Shown piece after piece: positions 40,911 to 53,319 of a stretch of DNA of 64,000 nucleotides. The notes under the pieces were generated by a model. The model had not been told where the DNA came from, did not search any database, and saw only the letters and a program-made list of their open reading frames with translations. Origin of the DNA: Phoronis australis (lineage: Eukaryota; Animalia; Phoronida); assembly GCA_002633005.1 (NCBI GenBank), contig NMRA01000342.1, positions 54,033 to 118,032 of the forward strand, read 5' to 3'. The stretch's first letter is position 1, and every line of letters starts with the position of its first letter. The position numbers and the translations under genes were made by a program.

Positions 40911-42234
40911 CTGAATAAAGTAAGAGATAAATCAATGACGAGTTTTTTTCAACTTGTAGTTATGTGGGACTCAACAAAATTTCCAAATTGGACTATCTGT
41001 AGGGTCATATCTGAAATAGCTGGTTGGATTTTAATGAAACTTTCATCAGATACTGTGCTTCATCCACTATTCCCCAAAATGCTGCTTCGAATTATTTTGA
41101 AAGTGTTTCACTTTTGCATGAGCTGCTGTCAAAATATAATTCTTAAGATTTTTATGGAAAAATAAATAAAAGCAAACAAAACAAAAATAAAATCCAAACA
41201 ACTTTTACACATATTCTGAGATTTTAGTGTGTATTGACCGAAACAACGTTCAACGTTAAACGTGCCCAAAGTTTTTTAGCAGTCTGATGAGTTTGTGATC
41301 GAACGATCGAAGCAGTGGTGTTTGTGGTGTTTGTACCGCTTTGACTCCTTTGCATTGCTGGGATTGTCAGTTAACTGCTACACAACATACAACCAAATCG
41401 TATGCAGCTGGTTCTTGATTTTGAAAACAATGAACTCGATTTAGTTTGGAATTACAATCGTATCCTTTTCAACATCTGTCTGCAAGAGCTGCAACAGGGA
41501 TATTACGTCATCTTTACCACGCAGTAAATGTAGTTAACATTAGTCTATTCGAAACGCTTCTCTGCTGCTCTATTCTCACTTGACGTCTGAAAAATGTCGG
41601 TCAGTAAGTAAAATATTTTATATTTCTCATTTCATTCTCGGACACTCTCGTTTTAACATGCCAAATATTCGTTTGTCAAATTACAAATGAAATGTTTTGA
41701 GTAGTGCGAGACGGGAAAATTTTGTAGGCAATGAGGAAGCAAATTCCCAGAAATTATCAGTAGTGCTGAATATAACACAGTGCCTTTACGGTCTCAGTCT
41801 TACGCTCTGCCGCGTAGCCAAATACCGCGAGTAAGCGGCAGATTATTGTATATTTATATGACAGACACTAGCCTCGACTTCAACGAATGCCTGGAAGACA
41901 GCAGCGAGAATTGTCAATTTGTAATAATATCACAAATACGGGGTTTGTTGTTTTATTACTCTCGCCAATGCTAATGATTTCAAGAAGTCTATCGCATTCA
42001 ACAATTATCCCATGAATCCGTTTTGAGCAGATCGCTTTCTGTAGACTTACTATCTTTATCGAGTGACGTATTCTTTCCAGCTGTGGAAACAGCTTTGAAA
42101 GTGTAACCTTTATTTTACTGGGAGGTTAGCGCCCAACAGAAATCGCTTTACAAATATTACGTGTGGCTTGAATATCTAAAAACTAAGAACAATAAATCCT
42201 ATGGAACTGCTGAAGTCAATAAAAACTGTGTTAC

Positions 42235-42292
42235 CTTTGACAGCTGCTGCCGAAACTACCAGCGTGAAAAATAACACGAGTGCGGAACACAT
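42235..42292 (-). CDS. Secreted Gla-like peptide precursor gene B, coding exon 1 (signal peptide MCSALVLFFTLVVSAAAVK)
   Basis: gccATG at 42292, 58 nt, donor GTAACA, hydrophobic core. TATA-like CTATATAAT about 55 nt upstream. Confidence 0.8.
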
Positions 42293-42691
42293 GGCTTCGA
42301 AACGTCATCAACAGATATTTCAACACAACGCAAAATGTTGGGCGTATTATATAGACGAATAAAGTGTTCGTCTTACAGTTTTTATGCCCTGCAACGTTGT
42401 TTGTGCAAATTCTAAGTCCCCTGTATTGGGTGCGATATCTTTGTAATATGTTAGCCATAGGCAAATCAGTGTGGGAATGTAAATAAAACGGACTACAATT
42501 GGCACCTGCAAACGTAATTATTTGTAATTTCATTCGCTTTGGAATTGTACGATGATTGAAGATAATTTGCCGCATTTAAGATCTCTAAATGGCTCACAAC
42601 ATTTACACTATTGGTAAACTAATTCGCTGTTTTTTTCAAAAAATGGAAACGCAGATATTTTTTGTCGTTGATCTGCATGATTCTACAATTC

Positions 42692-42849
42692 TCAGCGTCC
42701 CCATTTCATTTCTTCAATAATTTCTTCATAGCTCCATCCGCGCCTCAGACGATTCAGAAATGCGCTAGCTCTCTCTTCAGTCTCCATGCCCGATATCTCA
42801 GTCAAGGTTGGTGCGGAATTCTTGCTAGTGTTTGACATTTCTTTGCAGG
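42692..42849 (-). CDS. Gene C coding exon 2: (A)CKEMSNTSKNSAPTLTEISGMETEERASAFLNRLRR|GWSYEEIIEEMKWGR*
   Basis: Acceptor ttccgactttcag, phase 1, TGA at 42692-42694. Furin-type RLRR site and C-terminal GR amidation signal. Confidence 0.85.
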
Positions 42850-43391
42850 CTGAAAGTCGGAATAAGAATTACACTGTACCTCTAGTCTGGCACTGAAGCT
42901 CTAAGGGGATTTTTTGGTAACTGAATAGGATTGCCAGATAAATTCCTTTTCAGCCAAAGCGAATAACATGAAAGAATGTTTTTCTTCGATTCATTTAAAA
43001 CTCCTAATAAGAAATTTTCACCTCACTCTAGATAAGCTGTGTCAATGTAGTTTATTGGGCTTTTTATGTTAACGTGGTATGATCGTCGTTTACATGGAAA
43101 TTTCAAAATGAATGCATATCATTCTTTGACGTCTTTCTACTCTGTTTTTCTAGCTTGACATTCCTACCTTCTCCAGAGCTAGGTTGCATAAAACTTTTTA
43201 AAGTCATGCAACAATCGTCCTTTTGCAGCGGATGAGTTTAAAAACTCATGCGCTGCATACATGCAAGTGTGATGGTTGCATGACGTCAGGTGCATTGCTC
43301 AACAATAACAACGCGACGAGTGATAATGCGACATCTTTGTTGCTATACCACGTACGAATTTATGCAACTGAGCTCAGGTGACCAATCATAC

Positions 43392-43449
43392 CTTCTGCCC
43401 AAATGGCCAACGAGAAAACCAGCGTCAGAATGAGAATGGTCGTCTTCAT
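43392..43449 (-). CDS. Secreted Gla-like peptide precursor gene C, coding exon 1 (signal peptide MKTTILILTLVFSLAIWAE)
   Basis: gcaATG at 43449, 58 nt, donor GTATGA. An acceptor (gtttttacag) ends 11 nt upstream of the ATG, suggesting a non-coding first exon. Confidence 0.85.
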
Positions 43450-45801
43450 TGCTTCGAGTACTGTAAAAACACTGACGTAGAGTGGCTGTGGCTGTGTCCA
43501 ACTAAGTGTCGAGTCCTCGTTAACCGACGTTTAATGCACACGAGCACAGGAACGCAGGCTCTGTGAACAACATAAAGCCGGCAGCCAGAACTTATTTACT
43601 TTCACAAGCGCTGTTTTCCGTTAACGCGTTAAAAAATCTAAGGTATTTTCAGTTTTGAAGAGAAAGATTGTTGTTTTCCATTTTTCGCTAGGGTGTCTAC
43701 TTTGCGAATTACTTGAGATTTTCTGAAAAGGCTACTCCTTTGTTGACCGATTTTGCTGCACTGTTGTTAGTTTACCTGCTATTGAACAAAACTGTAGACT
43801 ATTTCTTATTGATTTATAAAATTTTCGTTCGTCATCATCATCATCATCATCGTCGTCATCAACACTCACATTGAGGTCTTTCATTACTTGGTGGAACGAT
43901 GTTGCTCTAACACCAAGTCTGTTTCTTTTTTGTTGGTTCGCACTCTATACAGGTCGCAGTTTTCATCCGATTCGCACGAAATTTACACACATGTAGTTCC
44001 GGTTTTGCTGGAAGCCTAATTTTTTTCCGTCAAGATCGGATTCAAAATGGCGGACTTGGCAGCCATTTTGTTTTCGAATTCAGATTCAAATGCTTACATG
44101 TATGGCGGCCGCAAACTTTGACGTATAGGACTGAAAATTAGTACGATTATTGGAACAGACAAGTACTATAGATACACCATCAACCATTTATTTAGAGTCA
44201 AAGCTGGTGGAAATAATTACCATTGCGCATGTGCACCTCGGGGTGATTTGGCCAGTTGATGTGATATTGTAGAAACTGACACAAATGCAAAATGCAATAT
44301 ACACCCTGTAGCATGTTGTGATTTTGTAAGTAAAATTTAAGATATTTAGTCAGTGTTCTGTTTGAAACTTTGTTGTCCAATTTATTTACAGATGCTGGTG
44401 TTTCAGCTTTCATTTTTCAAATTCATATTACACTCAACCTCACTTAACTAAAAAGTGAGGCCTTACCTGAGTGTTGGCTTGTGTACAAGCTTAAGGAAAG
44501 GTGGAGACTTAGACAGACTGGCGAGTTTCAGGTAGTATACATGTATGTGATGACAATTTAAAGGATAGGCCCTGTATTTTGAAAGGTTAAATTTGGGAAT
44601 GTCATACTTGAACCAATTCGTTGGTATTTAGATCAACATGTAAGTTCTAGATGCGTACACCTGAATTAGTAGTGGGCATGTTACCCATGATCTCCTTTAT
44701 GTGTACAAATATACCTTTTTCAGAAAAAGATTTATTAGTACACAAAGGAAGTTCAGTCACAGAATTTGGGGTCATTAGGTGTAACTTTGGGGTCATTAAA
44801 TACAGTTTTATGTTAAATTTCAGACTTTTTGAGTCAGCTCCTACTTACATGCTGTATTAGAGAGATCATTCATAGCCATGTTGGTTCAACCAATTGCCAA
44901 TCAAGCAGCACCGATAATATGAGAATGACCCAAAGTGCATTATAGGATTGCGGTTAACGAACTTTTTATTCAATCTTCTCTTCACACACCCCCGCCAATG
45001 TTTTGCTCCCCGGACCACTGCAGAGGTGGATCCAGGATTTTGAGTTGGGGCGGAGCAAGGCAGAGTTTTAGCCAAGATTTTGACTGTCAGACATTCACAC
45101 CCCCGAACTACCAAACGGAAGCTGAGAGAATCTTAGGGGGCCATGACTCCCTTGGCCTCCTCCAAATCCGCCACTGCACGGTCGTCGTAAAATGTTCAGA
45201 TTCCAAGAGAAACAATCTTGTACAGGCTGAAGCGGGCAATTAAAAACAAAATTATTCCGGGTGGCTAAAAAGGGTACAGTGTACTAGGTGGTAACGATAC
45301 CCAGAAAGTCAGTTTGCCTCGCAAAATCATATCATAATAACATGTTTTACCATTGCAGCCTTTCAATATCTTATTACCTAAAACACTTAGGTTAACGACT
45401 ATGTTCACGCATAATCCTACGTTCTACCTTTGAAGTGTTTCGTAATAAGCGCCCTCTGCTCTACTAAGCGTTCACCCTCAACTTTTGAGAATTTCCTATG
45501 AAGTGCCCACAGTTCAGGCTAACGCCCGCCATAGAACACTACAAACGACCGCGCCTACATAGTGAGTCATTCTCGTTTTACAAAACAACAAATTCAGTTT
45601 TCAAGAAATGTCTTTTCTCAATATGTGAAAACCAAACCACGGCTTTGTTTTATACCTCCGAAAAAAGTTTACAGTAGTAACACGGGTGTAGTTTTGTGAC
45701 TGACCTATTTTTCCGTACATGGAAGGTATTGAGGCGCAAAGTTGAATTACCCGATGGGAACTCGCACGGAGTTGGGAATAATTTCGAGGCTATTCATTCC
45801 A

Positions 45802-46359
45802 GGCTGGGGGTTTGGCAAGGGGTCAACTGCCCCTAGCCTGTAAAAACAGCTTCTTACAGAAACACGAAAGGAGATTCTAAAATTGAGATTGTTCAACTCA
45901 AACGTGAAATCACTACTGTTATATGGATCAGAGACCTGGACAAACACAAAAACAAACTTCAAGAGACTGCAAACTTTTGTCAATTCATGCCTGAGAAAAA
46001 ATTTTGAGGATACAGTGGTCAGAAAGGATAAGAAATGAAGAATTGTGGGAAAGAACAGGACAAACACCAGTGGAAGAGGAGATCGGCCGAAGGAACTGGC
46101 TCTGGATAAGACATACACTAAGAAGACCAACAAGTAGCACTTCCAGACACGAATTAAAGTGGAACCCACAGGGTAAACGAAATAGAGGCAGACCACGAAT
46201 GACCTGGAGAAGGTGCATCACCGATGACGTGCAGAGGTTAGGATTCTCATGGAGACAGCCAGAAGGAATCGCCCAGGACAGAACAAAATGGAAATCTCTG
46301 ATTCGTGGCCTATACCCTGGTAGGGCTGACGGGCATTGATGATGATGATGATGATGATG
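45802..46359 (+). mobile_element. RTE-clade LINE derivative (5' UTR-like piece fused to 3' end) with (GAT)n tail and 10-bp TSD
   Basis: LFNSNVKSLLLYGSETW, LKWNPQGKRNRGRPRMTWRR, AQDRTKW. TSD ATTCATTCCA/ATTCATTTCA. Empty site seen in the paralogous copy near 38535. Confidence 0.92.
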
Positions 46360-48402
46360 ATTCATTTCATGGAAAAGTAATTGTTTAGTATGTAAATAGC
46401 ATAAGTCCCACATTTTTGTTGTTATATTTGCACTCAATTGATTACACGCATCCATATACGTACGTCATTCGATTAGGGCATCGTTTCACGGAATTTTTTC
46501 GACAGCATGTTTTTCAAACATCAAGTTAAATTGCAAAATTTGGGCTGTGAACAAAAAAATGATGGTAGTTTGAACTCCGAGTTTGCTAGGATCTTTAACG
46601 ACTTTGATGACAACCATATAGCATGCCAGACCTAGCAAAATTGCGGATACTTTTTCAACGGGTATTTTCTCCTTTTCCCCTTTGCAAACTTAGCTGCTCG
46701 AATGCACTTGTCAGTTAGAGAGCACTGATTCAATTTTCACACCGGCAACTAGCCTTGGGCTCTAGAGCCTTTCAATGGCTGTGGTGAAAAATGAGTAACG
46801 CCGTACCTGCACGAACGAACTCAAGATTGGGAGACGAAATTTGTGAGTATTTAACGCTGTAGGTAAGAGCATAATCTATACATTTTGTCGATGGTCCAAA
46901 AAATCAAATTTTTTCTACATGGCATTTATGAATGCGAGCTGGATTTTCAAAATGCGACCTGCCGGGATTTTAATGGCGTCGAACCCAGCATGTGACCCAA
47001 TTTCCAGCCAATAAGATAAGTGTCTGCCTTGTGTCACGAATTCAACGCAAGGTGACAAATGCAAATGTCTGACTTACAAGCGAGTAGTAAAACGTCGAAT
47101 CTTAGAGGGAATTTAAGTTCTTTTGAAGGGCTTGATTTCCATTATTCGCGTATTATTACTGAAGATGACTTTCTTCATGCGATTATAATTTCGAAGTATG
47201 AAGGTTAACATTTAATGTTTAATTCGATATTTATATGTGTGACACTAAATTCTACACTTTCAATGTACGGACTTCCAACCTTGTTTGAATTCAAGCTCAG
47301 TTTTTGACTAAAACGCGATGTGGAGAAATATAATGTTGTACGCTATTCCCGAACGCCAAAATCACAAAAACTCATACCTCAATCAACACTTCCAACCAAA
47401 CGTATGTGTTACTTAAAAAAATATAATTTTCAAATGTGTTAAAAGTTAGTAAACATCACAAAATATCTACTGTTGTACGGCTTTGTTGAGAAACTGTGTC
47501 GAGTCTTTTTCAACAGATGTCGCTTTTGTGCTCTCACATCGCTATTTGAGCAGTGCATGTATGTTGAGTGCTCATGATCGTTATTCCTTGCAAATTACAA
47601 AATGCATATTTCTGAGGCAAAACGAAATTAAACACCAGATGTCCAACAAAAGAAAGGGGACATCGTTAAATTGTTTGGGGTTTGGCGAAATAGTTTGATT
47701 CGCCCATCGTGTGACGAACGTAGTGTAAACTGAGGACCCTTATGTCTGGAGCCTATGTTTGAGATTTTGGGTGATCTGCTCAAAGCCAGCAAATTTGCAT
47801 TTTACGGCTGCTGTCCTGCGTTAGTACACGGTATCGAGACAGTTGTATGATATTGATTGATGAGTGATCTCTCTGTTCAGTTTAACTATCGAATGCATTT
47901 TTTTCTCCTTGAGTTTTTCATTCAATGTAGCGTTAACGTGAATCCAGAACCGTGACTCTGCTTCCGGCATCAAGACCACAGGTCCCCGCCCTTATGCAAC
48001 AGTAACGCCATTTGTTGTTTACTGTCGTGGCATCAAACCACCAGATTTACTTTTCGCTTTGATGCCAGAGTATTTTTTAAACTATATTGTAGTAAGTTAG
48101 TACTTCTAGTTAGCATGATCACTTTTTCGTTTTTTCGTTGGATTATTTCCTGTTAAAGTGACATACCTATACCGGATTCGAGACCTGGCCAATCACCTCA
48201 CGTCAATTTTGGAACATTAGGTGTGTTACCAAGGGAAACTCCTGCGACTATGATGTGAGAACACTACTTTTATTAAGCACTCTCGAGTGTGAAGATTTGC
48301 GTTGAGTTTTGAAATCAATGCAAATTGAATAACAAACGAGTAACACCATGAACGCCAGTCAATGTTTACCTCATTGGGAAAATGCATACTTCAGTTTACA
48401 AG

Positions 48403-48571
48403 TCATAGTTTTGGGGTCGGCTAGGGTCTCATCTGCGAAACTTAGGCATTATTTCCCGTAGTTCCTCCACTGTGCAAGCTCTCTGCTCACGATCAAGGAA
48501 ACTGCTTGCTTCTTCTTCGTAGAGCGAGTGCCCAGCACTCAACATCCCCTCAGGGTCGCTCGCTTAATTGT
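48403..48571 (-). pseudogene. Pseudo-exon copy of gene B exon 2
   Basis: Reads N*ASDPEGMLSAGHSLYEEEASSFLDREQRACTVEELREIMPKFRR*DPSRPQN, with in-frame TAA and TGA. The matching signal exon is deleted in this copy. Confidence 0.85.
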
Positions 48572-48675
48572 CTGAATAAAGTAAGAGATAAAACCATTGA
48601 CGAGATTTTTAAACTTGTAGTTATGAGGGACTCAACAAAAGTTCCAAATTGGACTATCTGTAGTATCATATCTAT

Positions 48676-48808
48676 ATTTCTTCAATAATTTCTTCATAGC
48701 TCCATCCGCGCCTCAGACGATTCAGAAATGCGCTCGCTCGCTCTCTTCAGTCTCCATGCCCGATACTCAATTAAGGTTGGTGCGGAATTTTTGCTAGTGC
48801 TTTGCAGG
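48676..48808 (-). pseudogene. Pseudo-exon copy of gene C exon 2
   Basis: High identity to about 42707-42849 but with indels, and truncated before KWGR* at a deletion junction. Confidence 0.8.
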
Positions 48809-49059
48809 CTAAAACTCTAAATAAGTCTGGTACTGAAGCTCTAAGACGATTTTTGGTAACTGAATGGGATTGCCAGATAAATACATTTTCAGTTAAAGCG
48901 AATAAAATGAGCCGCCTCGTCTCCCCTATAGTAGCTTTTGCATGAGTCAATGTCACAGTTTCAGAATCATATGTACAGGTCTGATTTTTCAGTATAAAGG
49001 CCTCCGAAGAATGTTAAACTGAATGTCTTCTTACAAATGTCACTATTGTCATCTTGCAG

Positions 49060-49139
49060 GGATTCAGAGCTGTTGTTCACCCTTTTCATCATTCTCCTGA
49101 TCGTCTTTGTCACCTGCATCCTCACAATCTGGATCAAAG
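49060..49139 (+). CDS. Possible isolated transmembrane-helix exon (DSELLFTLFIILLIVFVTCILTIWIK)
   Basis: cttgcag acceptor, G|GTTTGT donor, strongly hydrophobic frame. Partner exons not established. Confidence 0.35.
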
Positions 49140-50567
49140 GTTTGTGTCTGCTCTTGTAAAGACTCTATGCTCTATTGGAATTTTAAAGTAGATGCAAGGA
49201 TGCCTTATGTCACGAAAATTAACTTTTTCGTTTAGATCACGCGTCATTAGTGTGACATTGATCCAGAATTGTTCCTTGATAAATAGGTGTGAATTTTGGG
49301 GCTTTAAAGTTTCTAGCAGTTTGTTACTACTTGAGACAGTCTCTATATGTTGACTTTTCACAGCGTGCCTTTTCATTCACCTGATATTTTCGCAACCATA
49401 ATGAAGCACCAGTTTTTTGCAAGACCAAAAATTATTCATCATCTGAATAAGGAAAAAGCCGAGATCAATTTTATATTGGTAAGTGGTTAAAATCAAACGT
49501 TGCATGCATAGCACAGAGTTTTATAACCACAGTAATTTGTTTCTTGCTGCTAACTGATAGATGAGGACAGTATGAAGCTTGTTTGAGCTTTGATAAAACA
49601 GTTATGTGGTAGCTTTATAGTCATGCAACAGCTGCTGGGTAGCACTTGCGATATAACCATGTTACCTTGGGTTCAATTTCCAGTCTTAGAGCTCTAGGAT
49701 TCACGTAAACCATAAAGTGTTTTGCAATGACCATCAAAAGTTATGCGATGAAGATTTATATCAAAAGTCAAATGGCACTATGTGAATTAGTTCTTGCATC
49801 ATCTTTCTAACTTGCAAACACTCACACTTGTTGATACTAGCATTCAGTCAGTGGCATGGGTACGGTTATCACTACTTGTAGCTAATGGTTGTTTTCTTTG
49901 CATTGTATCTGTTGGTTTAGTGTTTCAGTGCTCAATTACACTGTAACTTTTCACAATTTTTTACACGTACAGGCTGCACACGTACTTCAGTGAGAAATCT
50001 AAGAATTATACAGTCAAAGATGCGGCGTCCGTAATTACCAAATCCTTGAGAGAAGAACAAGGCGTGCCCAAACTTGACACTTCCAGGGGTCAACCAGTCC
50101 ATTGCCTTGAGATCAATGGTCTTACAATGGCAACAAATGTTCAATGATCTATCAAAAGATACTGGCATTGCTTCAGTGAACATTTGAAACTATTTCAAAA
50201 TTACTTTAGCATAGTTGCTTGACGTGGATATAGACTGTAGTCAATACGACATTATTTTTCACCTTATCCGTTTTCATGGGCGGCCCACCACAGGGGACTG
50301 GGGGGCTTTAGCCCCCACTTTTTCAGTGCTGCACCGCCCATGGTTTACCGTACACTAGTATGTCTTATTACTTTTATATGAGTAAACCAACGATACTTGA
50401 TCACTGTTTACCTACATGCGACTCCAAAAACAGTGATACCGTACCTGCTTTGTACTTCAGCCGATTTCATAAAAGTGCCGGTTTAAGACTTAAACCTGGT
50501 CTTCCTAAACCTGGTCAAACTTTAGACCGAACTTGCATTTCACCAACGTGGTTTTAAAATATAAAAG

Positions 50568-50727
50568 CCTGGCGTGCGTTCAGTAGACGCTAGGACCTAC
50601 GCTAGGACCTAGCTAAGTCCTAGTCAAAGTCACGTGTTTTTATTTAAAATACACGGCAATATCTCACGTAATCTCGCGAAGTCTTGCTTTTTAGCGAGGT
50701 CCTAGCGTTACAGAACGGGAGGCTGGT
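50568..50727 (+). mobile_element. MITE family 1 copy
   Basis: Homologous to 8304-8441. Confidence 0.85.
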
Positions 50728-53319
50728 TTTGTTAGACCAGATAGCAGGTTTAGTAAAACCAGGCTTAAAGTATCTAAGGCACCCTATTGTGTTGATTTGG
50801 CTTTACCCAAAAGAGAAGTGTTGAAGTGTTTCAATGAAACCTTGATCACTCGTGTACACAATGACACACACTAGCAGAATCAGTGCAGATATTTGCGAAA
50901 AAAATCTAAAAGCTTTTCTCATGAGGAAAAATGTAATGTCTGTACCCAACACACGTACACACATTAAAGTACGTGCTCACGATTAGCCGCAACATGACAA
51001 ATGTCCAAATTTATTTCCGTGCCATTTTCCTCGGCCAAAGGGGGGAGGCTATTTAGTAAAGTCGGACAGTTACCTCTTGCAAATGAAGAAGAGCCATTTA
51101 AAAAGATGTGGTTTTCACCTTATTTCGTCGCTTATTTTCTTGTTAGTGTGCCCAAACGAAACAGGTTCACAGAGTTGCCCGCTAGACATTATCATTATTT
51201 TTGACGGTTTCCATTCTTCACAGTCTAGTGAATATAGGCTTCTACAAGACTTCTGCCCCCGTCCCCGTTGAGGGTAGAAATCTTTTCTGACTTACATTCA
51301 TTAGGTCACGTTATGTGACCAAAAAGGTAGATTCAAGATCATCTGAAGTCACATTCTTTTTTAAGTACAATAAAAATTGGAGAAATATATTCATTGGGAT
51401 GATGCTCAACGGCTTTAATAACCTTCATCCCTGAGAGCTTCGTAATCTCTTCGTCAATGACGTTGCCGTCAAATTACAAAAATGATTGTATTTACATGAC
51501 TTACTGGTGTTAACAGGATTAAATCCTTGTGAAAATGTGGCACAACATCCAACCCACATCATCATTAGTTATACTTCTTCAATTTTCAGTGTAATTCTTC
51601 AACCTACCAGCTTCAAAACTGACCTAATCTACTTCTTGAAAGTCGGACGACCAGACATAGATGACAACAATATGCATCCACATGGGCGCATAAAAATGAA
51701 CTTGAATAACATTTATGTACATGTATAACTAGCAAACAGGAATGTGATAAAAATGGGAACCAAATGGCTTCCACTACGAAAATTCAAATATTAATAAACG
51801 ATACGAAACGGACAAGATTCTGTAGTTGTGAGAATGAGATCACATTTGTGTGTAATGTGATTTAAGGAACCGGTGTCTTTCTTTCTGGAGGTAAGAGCAT
51901 GCATCATTCGATTCGATTTTTGGGATGATGCTTGTAATCAGGCTGTTTGTGCCGTACGTTATAACGCACACCATGCCCAGCCGCAGTCATGTTGTTTTTC
52001 AGCGCCACCAGACAGAATTCATAATAACAGTAACGTCCCTCATATTGATCTTGAGTATCAGCAACAAGTGGAGGGCCTCAGAGGTTTTCAGTGCTGAAGA
52101 TCCATCCATGTATAACACAGAACCGCAGACTGGTACATATTTCAATTGAAGATGTCTCGGAATCTTTTCAGGTACAGGTTGTCAATGCGATTTTAGGTTG
52201 TGTTTGGCAATCTGAAAAAAAATCCAAGTAGCCACGAAGTCACCATAGCATCAGATAATAGTTGTCCTGAAATCCGATTTGTTTGGTGAAATCAGTGTAT
52301 TTGCCATCATCAGCAGTCAGCAGACAAGAAACATGTCGTTTGAGCGCTTAGATTATGTGAGAAAGTATAAACGGGGAAATTGGAGATGTATGCGCAACTT
52401 TCAAGGAACGGGGTATGCATACGGCACCTAAGCGTTATGTAAAGACGTATCAATCAATACAAGTCAAGTTCAAGTAAATCCAAGTCCGAAAGCAAACCCT
52501 AACTTATCGTGCAATGACAGAGGACGATAGACAAACGTCAGTGCCCAAAACAGCAAAATAAAACCTGAAGCGCCATCTATAAGTCATTGGGAAACCTAGG
52601 AAAGATTTCTTGTAAAAACGTGATCAAAGTGCGTGAATAACTTTAAGCCAATAAAAGTGTAATACATCCAAAAATATGGGTATACTACGAGACATAAATG
52701 TTTCTTGTTTCATTGTAACTCTTATCAGAAGGCATATAGTCAGAACAACGGACACACGTCATGCCGTCAAAGTTTCTACAGGCAAAATGAAGCACTGGGA
52801 ATGAAAACCTTGAAATCCAAAAAAATACTAGATGGAACAAGCATACTAGTGGAAAATGAAACAAATCTGCTCGTAAAATCCAATTGGACGGCCAGTGGAC
52901 GACATTGTTTTTTCATTTACGTAGCGACACCTAAAGGGCGTGTGCTCCGAAGAAAAGAGATGTGGTAGATCACTCGTGGCTGAGACGAGACATTTAGTCC
53001 TTCGGCACTTCGTCAGAGCACACACCTGCTAAGTGTCGCTACTGTCCATGACACAATAACTCGCTGGGTCTAGTGTCGCTAGCAGTTAGAACACACGGAG
53101 TTATCATTTAATTTTCCTCGGCGTTTCTGATTGGCTGGTCGAATTCTCAACAGGTAGCGCTTTGCAATCTGGTACAACTGATGGAGGAAGTGTAAATGTG
53201 GTCTGTTCTACAGACAAACTGGTGCTTAATTCATGTTCAAGAAATGTGAATCCCAGAAAATTGTGATTGAGCTTTTTCGGAGTGCATTTTTCTCTGTCGC
53301 TGACTTTTGTTTACGTTGG

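Larger units (their letters stand above)
36899..42972 (+). repeat. Local segmental duplication, copy 1 (contains gene B and exon 2 of gene C)
   Basis: Collinear with 44635-48910; for example ORFs 39518-39733 and 47483-47698 are near-identical. Confidence 0.92.
44635..48910 (+). repeat. Local segmental duplication, copy 2 (pseudogenised)
   Basis: Collinear with copy 1. Lacks about 41010-42705 and carries an extra RTE insertion. Confidence 0.92.
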
